Shown piece after piece: positions 37,047-49,869 of a stretch of 64,000 nucleotides of DNA; the first letter of the stretch is position 1; every line of letters starts with the position of its first letter. Under the pieces are notes generated by a model that saw nothing but the letters and a program-made list of their open reading frames with translations, was not told the origin of the DNA and searched no databases. The stretch is taken from NCBI GenBank assembly GCA_001949185.1, contig BDGG01000002.1, positions 7,616,448 to 7,680,447 of the forward strand, written 5' to 3'. This DNA is from Ramazzottius varieornatus (Eukaryota; Animalia; Tardigrada). The position numbers were made by a program, and so were the translations under genes.

Positions 37047-38453
37047 GCAGAGTACCAACAATACAAATAAGAATTCGAACGCAGACAGAAGCTGATCAGG
37101 TTCTGTAGTACTTCGGTCGGATACTTATTCGGCGTTCCTTTAGATAGCACTGTGTCACTAGCATAACCATGTCCATGTCACCATTTACTCGCCAGCCCTT
37201 GTCCCACAAAGGATTGGCCAGTTCAGGGATGCCGTACTGTAGAGCGCATTCCGTCCACAGTTTCTCCATCCCTTTCAAAACTGAAATGTACATCCGACGG
37301 CACCGGCATGTTCTTCAGTAGGTATTCTCCGCGCTTCCGCCACTTTCTTGTTCGTCTTGCCATCCCCGGTCCACTTTCCTCATGATGAAAGTAAGGCTGT
37401 TGATCCTTTGGGGAGACGCGCGGAATGGGGGAGTGTCCCGTCTGGGGGGCTCCAGTTGACTATTCATTTGCAGGTCAAGACTTAACCATTTGCGGTTCTT
37501 GCAGAGCACCCGATATCATTGATGTTGTGCAGATGGTCAACCCAAGGACGAATACAACTCAAGTCCTAGCGCTGGTCTTTCGACCCAGAATCCGGAATTC
37601 CGAACGGAGGTTCAGTTGTAGGGATTATTCAGGTGCGTATACTCCGAGTTTGGACCTGAGTCGAGAACCGCGCATCAAGATTTGAATCAAAGCTCCACCT
37701 TAGCCGCATTGGGACTGGTCGGACGCCGTTAAGCTGCCATCTTCAGCGGCTACCGCAACTTGAACACGGCCCTACAGAAATAAAATCGCAAACTCGTTGT
37801 TGGCAACTTGGCACTGTTAGTAAAATTTCGTTCCTGACTTCCGGTTCCGTCTCGATCACTTCGATGAAGTTCGATCTCACAATATCTCGATCGCCAACGG
37901 AGATATCTTCCTTTCGTTTTTGGGATCTAAGTTCTTCTTACTTATGTGGAAACGTGGTGGCTTTTGCAGCTGGCTCTGCTGTGTTGTCGCCCGTAAATTC
38001 TTGCCCGCAGACGACAGGCTGATGGGACGGATGGGAGTTAACTGAGTTGTTCTGCTGCACGGATTAATCATCGATCGCAATCACGGCTGCCCTTATCATA
38101 TCTTCACCCACTGGCATTACTGCTGACGGAAACGTTTGTAGGATTGTATAACCACATCGAAGCTCCCATCATGTTGGTACAAAGCCTCCGTTTGTTCTCC
38201 TTGAGAACGGGAACGAGTTACGACGCGACTTACACTATGTGAGAGGCCGATAAGAAGCGCTGTTTTATTAGGTAATGCTCATTTGCTTTTCTTGCTGAAC
38301 GTGTTGCCATCGGTGGTGGAAACTTGCTGACACGTATTTTGTTTCGTCTTCAGATGAGTGCAGTGTTGCTGAGAAAGCTAATGAAAACTAATTAACCTGC
38401 GAGCCATCTGACATCTGTTGTCTCAGAGTGGGGCAATTAGCACCGCTTCAATC

Positions 38454-40603
38454 ATGGTCATTATCGATTCGGGAGCGCACAACAAGCTGTCGACGAAGCG
38501 CAGCTCCAACATCCACTTTTCCCCGAGCCAACCCTCACCTGCCTTCGACAACTCGTCACCTGAACCGGAAAGCACTGTTGGCAGTATGTCCTCAAGATCA
38601 CAAGAACCTCACACTATCCTGATTCGGAAGTCTGAGACGGGATTCGGGTTCAATGTTCGCGGACAAGTTGGCGAAGGCGGACCGATGAAGAGCATTAACG
38701 GTAAGCTAGCTCAGATTATGCTAATATTCATACGAGGACAGAATCAGATCGTTGTCTCAAGTGGCGCACAGTTCCATTGTTATTGACCAAAAGTGTGCGG
38801 CACTTTGGAAAACAATCTGGCTGGAATTTTTTTCGCCCACGCGACTATCAAGTGATCACACGGAGTCTTCCCGCAGGGGAGTTGTACGCACCGTTGCAGC
38901 ATGTAAGTGCAGTGCTGGAAGATGGGGCTGCGGAACGAGCAGGGCTTCATAAAGGAGACAGAATCTTGGAGGTGAATGGGATCAGTGTGGAAGGTGTCAC
39001 TCATAAGCAGGTAGTCGACTTGATACGCTCCGGTGGACACACGTTATCCTTGACCGTGATATCGGTTACTCAAGAAGACGCCGAACGCCTCGAGCCACAA
39101 GAAGAGTCAACGAACCTTACCGTTGATTATACAGGTAAATCAGAAACTCATCTGCCAGTTTATGAACTTTGCAAGCCATGTACCGTGAAATGTGAATATC
39201 ATCATTCATCAAAGAACGTTCATTTCCAATCGACGATGCGTAATTTCGCGGTCACGTGATGACGTTGAAAAGTACTTTTACCGGCTTCCGAATAGACAGG
39301 AGTTCGGTAAACAGACTCGATCAGACCGTTTTCCCAAGTGGTGCATGCAGCCGGTGATATTGGCTGAAAGCGTGCGCCACTTGAGAAAACGATCTGGTCG
39401 AGTTTACCTACTGAGCTTCCCGCCGACTCTGGATTTATTGTTCGAGTGTTTTGTCTAGAACGTCGCTCACTGCCGATCAGCATTCCTGAATACAAGACAA
39501 TCCAGAATCCTAGAACCGGTGAGAAGTTCACCGTGTTCTGCATACACATGGCCGGACGCCATCTTTGCTCGCGAAGGTATAAGCAGTTTGACGAGCTGCA
39601 GAACTCGTTGAAGCGCGAGTTCCAAGACTTCACATTCCCAAAGTTCCCGGCGAAATGGCCCTTCTCGCTGTCTGAACAACAAACAGACTCTCGCAGGAGG
39701 AAGCTGGAACAGTGGCTAGAGCGAATATGCTCAGTCCGAGCCATCGCTGACTCGGAAATCGTACAGGACTTCCTCAACAGCGCAGACACTTTATCAAACT
39801 CAGACTCACTTTCCGATGTTGAAATCAAAATCTTGCTTCCTGATAAACTAACAATCACACTGAACATTGACAAACAGTTACATACGCCAGTGGTGTACAA
39901 AATGTGCGCGGAACGAATTTCTTTCCCTAAAGACCTCCTCCCATACTTCGCGCTGTTCGAACTAGTCGAGTATTCCTTCGAAAGGAAACTGCGCGACGAT
40001 GAACGTCCACACGACATTTACATTCACAACTACACAACAGCCACCAATACCTGCATAACATTCGGGCGATGGTTGTTCTCTCCCAGAAGAGAACTGGAAC
40101 TAACGAAGCGCTATGACATCATCGCGAGGTATTTCTTCCATCAAGCGGTGGATGAAGTCAACCGTGGGCATATCCAAGCTGGTAACTGTCTTCATGAACT
40201 GAAGGCACTGCAGGATGACTCGAGAAGATCGGAATACCTTCAGATGTGTCGTACCCTACCAGGATATGCCCAGTGTTCTTTTCCGCCTTGCCCAAGTGAC
40301 GCGCGGAAACCACGACAACTTCTTGTGATACCTATCGTGGCTTTCGCCCAGTTCAAATTATCGGCCTGTACTGCAGAAGGCGTTCCGGAAGGACAGGTGA
40401 TCCAGTTCGACTGGGGAGACATTTCGGGGTGGTCGGTGCGTCGAGCGGACGAAGAGGAAACTTCAAGCTTCTCTTTCGACTACGCCAGACCGGAGAAGTC
40501 GGTGAGGACCGTCAAGATCTTCACACTGTTCCCGACGTTTCTGAAAGAATGCTTCGATCGTGTCAAAGCGGAACGGGAGGACGACGAGATAACTCTGTCG
40601 TAA
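38454..40603 (+). CDS. SNX27: Sorting nexin 27 (PDZ-PX-FERM-like), 3 exons
   Basis: [22 protein letters not shown] / [13 protein letters not shown] (PDZ); [10 protein letters not shown]...[24 protein letters not shown] (PX); [15 protein letters not shown] (FERM-like). Confidence 0.95.
38761..38803. repeat. Palindromic family A core, SNX27 intron 1
   Basis: GTGGCGCAC-N25-GTGCGGCAC. Confidence 0.85.
39338..39380. repeat. Palindromic family A core, SNX27 intron 2
   Basis: GTGGTGCAT-N25-GTGCGCCAC. Confidence 0.85.
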
Positions 40604-41445
40604 AAATCGAAGAACCTTTTCTGTACAAAAGTGTGATTTTTTCGTGATAATCAAAATTGGTTGGAACGTCTTTGCTCTTGAGCCTCTTCTTGTCGTGTTT
40701 CCTCTGTCGTTGATCAGGTACTGTTTTTATCTGTCCTGTTTATACCGTATTGCTGTTTTGAATATTCTATTTGTATCCCCGTTTTACTAAACCCGTGCTT
40801 TCTGGACTACACTTTTTAGTATGCTGCTACTTCCCTGCTTTCTTCGAACATGATCATGCTCATTAGTGTTTGTCAACGACTAGTCTAATCATAATTCGGC
40901 TCTGTTCTTCTGTTGCATGCGTGATACCGCACCCTTTTTCGTGCTCGTTTGACGTCAGACAGTAAACTGATATTGTTATGAATCACCAAGTCGCTGGAAA
41001 TCAGTCTGGTGCTTTATTTAACTTTCAACTAATAAACAAACAGCCAGAAAATAGGAAACAGTATGTATGTGCGGCAAACTACCAGATGCCGGCTACTGAC
41101 AGTAATGACGGGAACGAAACTATACAGAAGCCGTAAAGAACCCAGTCGTCGTCGTAGTGAACGCATACAGCTGGCATCTTGACTTCCGCTTCCCCATACA
41201 GCTCGAACACGAGACCCGAAATTTTAAAATAGTCGCTACTAATTGGGACGAAGAAGGGACCATTAGTAGGCAATTGTGCATGAATCATTTGGCTCTGAGT
41301 GCCTGGATTTCATTTTTTGCTACCGCTGAGCACGGACTGTACGGTAGTTCCCGAATATCGTGCAGCATTAACCGAATTCACGTAGCTGTTTTTCGGTATT
41401 TCCATCCCCCAAAGAATTCGTGAAGGGGTCCCTCGGAGGCAAAGC

Positions 41446-43368
41446 ATGGACTTCAATGTTGGAGACATTATTTTCCAGTGTGATCCTTGGGTCTTCACTG
41501 TTAGTGCGGAAGAAGCTGATAACTTTTGCCATAGATGTCTTCTAGAACTGGCCTTTGTCGCCGACGCGCCCAGCTTGACCAGTTGTTCGGGGTGCAACTT
41601 CGCCAAGTACTGTTCCAAAACCTGTCAGGTAAAGCCTGTGAAACACGTTCTGAACGTTTGGAATTGATCTAATGCCATGCCAGGGTGATAATGAATTAAT
41701 GAGGGAAAATTGTAGGAAAAGGACTGGAGAGGCCAACATCGGCTGGAGTGCCTTTCCTTTGCATCTTTGCGCGGCAGTGCGTTTCTGGATATCATACCCA
41801 CCGATGCTCTTCTTACACTGAAAACAATAATAAAACTCCAGGTAACTCATCAGAGTGTTGGGTCGTCGACCGGTTCGTAAGACTCAACCGTCTGAGGACT
41901 GGACGGCCCGGTCCGGGTGGGTGTGTGATGATGTGATCGTTGAGCGGAGAACCGGAAGTCCTTTCACCGGATAGTGCAAGTTTGTCAGTCTTTAGTTTAT
42001 GTATCCGTTTTTGTCTACAGGACCAGGATGGATGGGAAGAAGAATGCGGTACGACGCATCGAACTTTCCGGTCACTGATTTCGCATCAAGAAGAGATCGA
42101 AGAAAACCAAGAGCTCATGGATAAGCTCCTCCTGTTCTACGAGGTCCTGATCGGGGACAACGACAGCATTCAGCCTATTTCTTTCAACACTTTCGTCGAG
42201 ATCTCCGGCAAGTTGCAATCTAACGCATTCGGGATAGTCAATGACACTTTCTTGAACGTGGGAGAAGGAGTCTATCTGGGACCCAGCATCATGGACCATT
42301 CTTGCGATCGGAACGCCACCTATCACTTCGACGGACCCAGGATCACAGTCGTCGCTATCAAGCCTATCCTCCGTCTCCAGGAGGCCCGTAATTCGCTCTG
42401 AAACATCAAAGTCTCAGATAAACTTGACAGGATGTTCTTTTCTCTAGGTGCGAGTCTCGTACGTGGATTGCTTCGTCCCTCGTTCGATCCGTCGGAAGAA
42501 GCTCGAGGAAAGGTGTAAGGCTCGATAACAGTATCTGTTATTTTGCGCTTCCGTTGATACGATTTCTTCCGCAGATTACTTCACATGCGACTGCCGCTTG
42601 TGCTCGGAACCTTCTTTGGTATCTTTACATTTTGGCCGATCGCAATATGTACCATAAATTTGTTATGTTTATCCACAGGCAGAGCAACTCGCCACTTCCT
42701 GTGCAAATACTCGTTGCGCCTGCGCAGTTCCGTGGGATGAAAGAGGGAACCTGCCTTGCGAAAACTGCGGTCTGGTGAACGCCCCTACCCCTCATTCTGA
42801 AAAGGCAACAGAAGTATTGAAGAAGCTTTCCATGTTGCACGAGGAGCGGCTCTTGGCGGAAGACGAGTCAAATCACAGCCTCCCAAAAGCGTCGATGCAC
42901 TCGGGATCAGAAGTGTGTGGGGTGAACGGAGCACTACATGAAGTAGCCAGGTACCTGCACCCCCAGAATATGCTCCTTGGCTTGACATACGAACTCGCAG
43001 CAAGGATAAAATTGGACCAACAGAACTTGGAGTCAAAGAAGGACCGGAAAGTTCTGGAAGAAGTAGTCTCACATACAACCGCGTCACTTCCGTCTTTGCG
43101 GTACGAGTACGGACTGCTGTCCTCGGTTCTTTGGACTTTTCATTCCCCTCCTGACGAAGGTATCGGTTGCAGGTTCTTCTATTCTTCGTTCGACATCGTC
43201 ATTGGAATGACGCTTCTCACAATTGGCGACTTCCAACATCAGCTCGGAAAATACGATGAAGCTAAAGCCAGCTTGAAAGAAGCCAGAGACATTTTTGGTT
43301 TGATCGATGGTCGAACTCGTCCACTGTACAAAACCGCCACGAACTTATTAGCGAACTGTGCTGAATAG
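41446..43368 (+). CDS. SET and MYND domain lysine methyltransferase (SMYD2/3-like), multi-exon
   Basis: GDIIF..PW, MYND CHRC...CSGCNFAKYCSKTCQ..DW..HRLEC, NAFGI..GVYLGPSIMDHSC..NA, YFTCDCRLC, C-terminal TPR-like helices. Confidence 0.85.
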
Positions 43369-43704
43369 TGAGCTCTGTTACGACTGTCATGATGAAATTA
43401 TCTTTAGCCAGCAAAACAACAGGAAAGTAAGAAGTAAAGCGCCAACAATATACAGGAAAATATTATAGCCAAAAATCTCACAGACGGCCAGTGTGGACCC
43501 AAACCGGTTATGTCGGACATGTACAGCGCTGTTATGAGAAATCAAACGTGACATCTAACGGAATGTCTCTCTACAGAGGACAAAAAGATCGTAAACATTT
43601 GAATGTATGGCTCTTGGCAGAAAATTAAGCGTAAAAGAGCGAGAGAAACCGCGTTCCAGAGAGTCTTTTGTTAAAACGTGAGTAAGAACAATCAATACAA
43701 TCAA

Positions 43705-45685
43705 TTAATTAACTTCATCCAGTCCCTCTTTCTGTCTCCGAGTACTCTTCACCACAGCATTTGGCCCATGCTTCCTCGAATATTTAATATTCAGAATATC
43801 CCCGACTTCATCGGTGGCTTGAATGACTCGGTCGAGCATCTCTTTCGTATGTGCGGCTGACAGGCAAAACCTGGCCCTACCCAGTTTTACCGGCGTGGCC
43901 GGGAAGCCAACCACGACCACTGCAATGCCTCTCTGTAACATGAATCTTCCAAAAGTGGCAATCTTCGTAGGGTAAAATAAGAGTAAGGGGACGACAGGTG
44001 AGTCTTTATGACCATAAATTATGAAGCCGCGTTTCTTCAACTCTGCGCGAAAGTATCGAGTGTTCTCGGCTAGCTGGCGAATGCGCCGCATGCCTTCGCC
44101 AGTGCCGTCTTCGCCCATGATGATGCGCATCGACGTCAGGATCTGTTGAGCAACTGCCGAAGGCATGGCAGCCGAGTAGATCATGCCGCCGGATGTATGT
44201 TTCAGGAAAGTGATGAGTTCGCGACTGCCAGCGATGTAGCCTCCGGCCGAACCGAAGCTCTTAGTGAAAGTCCCCATCATGATGTCCACGTCGCGCGGGT
44301 TCAGGCCGAAGAAGTCAACGACGCCGCGACCTCGCGGTCCTAAGGCACCGATACTGTGGGCTTCGTCCAGGAAAAGGTAGGCTTTGTATTTCTTCTTCAG
44401 TGCAATAATTTCGGGAAGCTTACATATCGAACCTTCCATGCTATAAACTCCTTCCACGATGATCAAAATCTGCAAAAGGAAAAACAGCCATGTAAAATCA
44501 CTGGACGGTTCCCAAGCACCAACCCATCATCTTTTTATTGTATTTTGCCTGGATAGTATTAATTTTCGGTTGGACAAACCTTCTGGAAAGGGCGTCTTGT
44601 TCGCGGATGTCCAGCAATGACCAACTCCTTCAGCTTATCCTCCAAATCCTTCATATCGTTATGTTTGAAAGTCTTGACGAACGCTCCGGACAACCTAACC
44701 CCCGTGATCAGCGAGCAATGGTTCAACGAATCACTCAACACGGCGCAATGCCGATCGACCAGTGCAGGTATATTAGCGCTGTTGGTGGCGAAGCCCATAC
44801 CGAACGTCACCGCCGCTTCACAGCCCACGAATCTGGCCACCAGTTCCTCCAGTTCCAAATGCATAGCCGTGGTGCCCACATCCTCTCTTGCACTACATCC
44901 CGCCACACCGTACTTGTCAATAGCAGCTATGGAGTTGTCAGCGCACGGACCAAAGCATTCAGCAAAGCCCAGATAGTTATACGAGCCCATGTTGATGCAC
45001 TCGATGGTGTTGCCTGTCATACTGAAAGCCCAACCAAAGCTGGGAGTTGATCGTTCTAGCAACTTTATTCTTTCGCCAGGCACGGAACATATCGGTCTGT
45101 TCCAGCAATCACGAATACGAATGTAAACGTTCCTGGTGTAGAAGTCTTCCCAGCTGCTGTACAGTGGAACGAAACCTTCGTTGCCTTTCTCCTTCGCCAC
45201 TAAACTCTTCTCTATCCTCCATCGACGCAAAAAGTCTCGTAGGTACCCGAATCTACGATGAAAATACGCTTAGGTACAGGCCACAATTACGCGGATGGAG
45301 AAACTTACAGCTGCAGAGTGACATAACCACCAATAGTAAAGACATCGACATAAGACGCAGCAGCTTCAAATTCTTCGTCCTCCATTTTACACTCATCGCG
45401 ATGTTCTGAGCCCGTGTCATATCCCTCAACTGACTGCTTGTCCTTGGAAGACAAATCAATGGCTACTATCTCGGATAGTGAGTCTGTGGAGCAGGAAGGA
45501 GTCAAGAGTTCACTGCCGGAGTCCAGTCCGGATCCAGCGTCACCATTAGCTTTCTCCAGACGTCCATTCGACAGCGTGGTCTGGCCGTTATGAGAGACCG
45601 TCCGTCGATGCTTGACGAATCCATTCTTCGGACGGTGTATTACCCCGTTGAGTCCATCTTTCAGCTGCCCGTCCATCATGGTCAT
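43705..45685 (-). CDS. SPTLC2: Serine palmitoyltransferase subunit 2 (LCB2), 3 exons
   Basis: [54 protein letters not shown] lysine motif [28 protein letters not shown]. Confidence 0.96.
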
Positions 45686-46619
45686 TGTGAAATCACAAAA
45701 CAGAACAACGGAAGGAACCTTTGAGTTCGAGAATCAAGGAATGTAGAACTTCAATGCGGAATTTTTCGAAACTTGGAAAATGACCTGCAGGGCAAATTGG
45801 ATGTCAGGGTTCGGCTTGTAGGAGTTAGTCATCTGAACCGAGTCGCCCGCCTGGTTCTTTCTTACCAACATTCGACACTACGAATGCGACGCGGTTTACG
45901 GTCTTGGTCTCGTTCCGGCTGCTCAAGCCGGTTCTTGCCGAACAGTTAAAACAGATAATGTTGTATGCATTTCCGTGAGACACGCGCTGCACGCTTCCCT
46001 GTGCTAGTGCACTGCGCAAGCACGGAGGAATGGACGCCTTGGGATTTCCCATGAATCTCGTGCGCCACTCCCGCGCATCTCGATAATGTTCTGCTGTGCT
46101 GTTTCGACGTTCGACAATCAATTGAGTTATAACTTTGCAGAATCGTTTAAAACAAGAAAACGCCGGAAGCTATGAGCTATCTCATATTTTGTCTGCACTC
46201 GTGGTGAACGTAGTTGGGATCTGACATTAAATATTGGTGACGGCTGATGCGGAAGTGCAGAATCGTGCTGAATTCGACCATCTGTAACAATCTTTCTCAT
46301 TCACCGCGCTGTCAAACGGCGCTGTGGTGTTGCGAAATGCTCAGGATCCCGGAGAACCTGAGCAGCGAACCAGGAAACCAACGAACACAAAGGAAAGCGA
46401 CGAAGTAGGTTCTTTGTCCACACCATGCGAGTTGATTCATCCTCGATTTTAGACTAACGTAAGTTAACTAGTCACGATAGAAAAAATATTACACTGTGAG
46501 TTTAGTCATCAATCAAACTCATTAGCATGCAAATTAAAATTTATAGAAAATTGGAATTTCCTAGCATCTAGAGTGCCAAGAACTTGATTGAATTGGAGTA
46601 CGGTTTGGGCGCGGTTGCA

Positions 46620-47619
46620 ATGATCGAAATGATCCCCTCCCTTAACGCCTCTGTCGCACGAATTCCACCGAAAACGCGTATCATTATTATGGCCATTACC
46701 GGCGCGGTTCTCGCTTTGGGCGTCGCGGGGGGATTTCTGCAAAAGAGAGTCTTATTCGATGAGAAAGTCCATTATGGGCTTGACGTCAAACCTGGTCACC
46801 ATATTGAAAATTACGTGACTATTTTGATAAAATGGCGCAATGATAGCTTACGATGAACGGCGCGAGCCAATTTCGATCCCAATTTTCCGCTTGGTTTCTG
46901 GTTCGCCACTCCCAGCACTTCACCAGTCCAGAATAAAGTGGAGAAATTAAATCATCGACTTAAGACGGGAACTATATAAGAGCCACAGCGGCGTCGCCTA
47001 CTTCCAAATTTCGTCAGACCGACGCCAGTAATCTTTTACTGCGCCACCCTGAAGTGGCAAGGCAGGAACCGAAGAACCCGATGACCTTTTCCACAACCAA
47101 TCTTTCCAAAATTGATATTTTTTCGACGTTCCATTACCACTTTGGCCTTCAGTCCTGAGATCAGCGTACCCTATTCCCGTCGAAATGTGTACAGCGAGTC
47201 TGTGGTTTGTTTTCCTGGTCCTTTGTGTGGCGACCTGCCTCGCGATACCGTTCGCCGATCCTCGTCTTCCAAGCCGTCCGCTGGGTGAGCTCCCTGAAAA
47301 CGTATCTCACGGTGTTGTGTGTAAGTGTGTAGACAGCTGAATAGAACAAACTTTAAATTATTATTTTATCGCAGATGATATGGCGTTCGCTGGCTACTTA
47401 CAGCTGCCGGACAAGAGGCGTCCCATGGCGAAACGCCGATGGCTCTTCCCCACGCAGAACAGTCAGAAGAACCCGCTGGCTGCTCTTTATCCCAGCGGAG
47501 ACTGCGGAGATGAGTTCGGTAACATGCTCAACCAGTTCAGGCGGTTACCGAAGGGAAAAGGAAGGGATGACATGGTGGCCGCGCTTTTCTCCTACTGTAC
47601 CGGAAGACCCGTCAAGTAG
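46620..47619 (+). CDS. Possible small single-pass membrane protein of unknown function (spliced; structure uncertain)
   Basis: Hydrophobic RIIIMAITGAVLALGVAGGFL segment and a terminal exon after the acceptor TTTTATCGCAG (47374) ending at 47619. Confidence 0.3.
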
Positions 47620-48260
47620 CCATATCCAAGAAACTCCACGACCTACGAGAAGAAATGTCTAGTTGACATAAAGTGCTTCTCATTACCGATATCTCCTAGA
47701 GTATTTGACATTATGGCAGACCTTGGTTGCCAGCCAGCTTGTATCCTTAAAGCTTCCGCGTTCCTTGCAGCAGAACCTCGGTGAGGTCCCAGACTCAACG
47801 TTCCCCATGTGCATACGTACACTTTGCTCGGTCTCTCCATGAGCACTTCGTGATCCGCAGTTTTCAATTCAAATTCCGCATTTTACTTGATTGGTTCTGT
47901 ACAGTACTCTTTCTCCTGCTAAGAGAAGGGAACTTCTGAAAGTATAAATTTTAGCCATCTTGTTTTCCGGAGCAAGTGCTTCTCACCTACCCTGGTCACT
48001 GAAGCTGGTCCGATCAATCGGATCCGAAAAAGTTTACCGCACACGCTTGCAGATTCCTTGACCGTGTCGTGTCACTCCCAAGTCCAAATCGTTTTGTGGG
48101 TCTCTGTGAGCCTTTCTTCACTCGTAGCCTCAATGCAGAATTTCCTGAATTTTTCTGAATGAAGAAGCAGTCACCTTATCGTCTTGAAGTTCAATTATGA
48201 TAATACCTATGTTAAATAATCAAACTTTCGGCAACTGTGACGGAGTTCAGGAGTACTGTA

Positions 48261-49389
48261 CACTGAGCCCGATAAGTAGAGTATCTGTCCACCCTATATT
48301 TTCATTCAAAATTCATAACTTCCTTCACTCTCACGCGATTTTGATAATTCGAACGTCTTTGTAAAGACCAGAGTTTTATCTTCCCGACCACGTGACTTTC
48401 TTATGACCAAATCAGCAAATCAACTGACTGTATTCAGCCCTACGAACCTCAAAATACCTCTGTTTTCGGCTCCGTGTTGCGAAAGTCAGACAGTAGCTGG
48501 CAGAACGCGCTTGTAATCGTGACGTGGCGTCAACATCGGGCTTTCGAACAAGCCCATGTGAGAATTTTTCGGAGCTCTGTAATAAGATTTTCGTTTACTC
48601 GCCGGTATAGGTTTTTTGCCGCCTGAAGTACGCTGCGTCTCGCAAAGCTGCCCGTATCTGGGCTCTGGGCAGAGCTCCTCAGAAGTCTGGGGTCACGGCG
48701 TAGAGACATGATTGATGAAATTTAGACAAGGGCTACCCTTAAGCTACGGGTAGCTCAAGGGTAGGGGCGGGCTTGCCATGTGGAGGCCAAGAATTTTCAA
48801 GAACGACCTGAAACCCTCCATTGCCCTTGTTAAATTTCATCAGGTGTGCCTCGACCCCATGACCCCAGACTCCTGAGGAACCTTGCCCACAGCCCATCTT
48901 CCATTTCGACTGACTAAACGACCCAAACCACGAAGTCTGGTAGCTTTCATGAAAATGGTTACCATTTGAAGGTAACTTGGCTGCAAGGATAACGAAGACA
49001 TAGCGTCAGCAGTACCCAATACCAAGAAAAAACAAGAAAGCTTTCTGGTTGGCGTGTTAACGAAAACTTCTTTACAGCGCTCCGAAAAAATTCTCACATG
49101 GGCTTGTTCGAAAGCCTAATGTTGACCCCATGTCACGATTACAAGCGCGTTCTGCTAGCTACTGTCTGACTTTCGCAACACGGAGCCGAAAACAAGGGTA
49201 TTTTGAGGTTCGTAGGGCTGAACACAGCCAGGTGATTCACTAATTTGGTCAAAACAACGTCACGTGGTCGAGAAGATAAAACTCTGGTCTTTACACAGAC
49301 GTTCGAATTATCAAAATCGCGTGAGAACGAAGGAAGTTATGAATTTTGAAGGGAATTACAGGGTGGACAGATACTCATGGGGCTCAGTG
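48261..49389. mobile_element. 1.13-kb non-autonomous fold-back element, Tc1/mariner-like
   Basis: TA|CACTGAGCCC ... GGGCTCAGTG|TA; arms 48261-~48595 and ~49060-49389 align as reverse complements, and inner segments 48657-48735 / 48820-48897 also pair. Confidence 0.85.
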
Positions 49390-49869
49390 TACTGTCTGTA
49401 AAACAAGCAGTTCAGTCCGACAAAAAGCGAGCAGGGGAGTTCGAACCCGCACTGAAAGCGTTCGAACGCACGGCATTACTCAGTATAGAAGCGTGCGAGC
49501 ATGATGTAAATTTTATAGGTGCGTTTGGTGCGCCATGAGGCCATTCTGACCGCATTTTCGTGTCATTCTTCATTCTTTAGTCTTCATTCCGTGTGAGATG
49601 AATCAGATGATGATCTCGTTCTCCACACAGTCGTCAACCTTCACTTAGAATCCGGGAATCTGGAAGTCTGTCTTAGAAACCCAGGGCTACCGGAGACCAA
49701 AAAGAAACTTCCTGTTGCAGAACAAAAATCCCATCGCTGTCCCCCACGCGAAACGTTCTCCATAACGGAGCCCTGCTGATCGGATCTGACTCATCTGAAT
49801 ACCTTCTCGTAATCAAGAGTTCGGGACCAACACCATCCGCGGTCGGGAAGCGAGGAGGAGCTCGGGAGA

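Noticed and set aside
39220-40017. 265-aa minus-strand ORF and similar antisense ORFs elsewhere (e.g. 33649-34185, 44538-45050)
   Set aside because: Shadow frames of SNX27, the 434-aa ORF and SPTLC2.
46059-46069. Isolated CGTGCGCCACT half-site of family A
   Set aside because: No matching left half-site 25 bp upstream; not counted as a copy.
49424-49492. tRNA-like B-box (GGGTTCGAACTCCC on the minus strand)
   Set aside because: I cannot build a cloverleaf or a convincing A-box; at most a SINE or tRNA remnant. tRNAscan-SE would decide.
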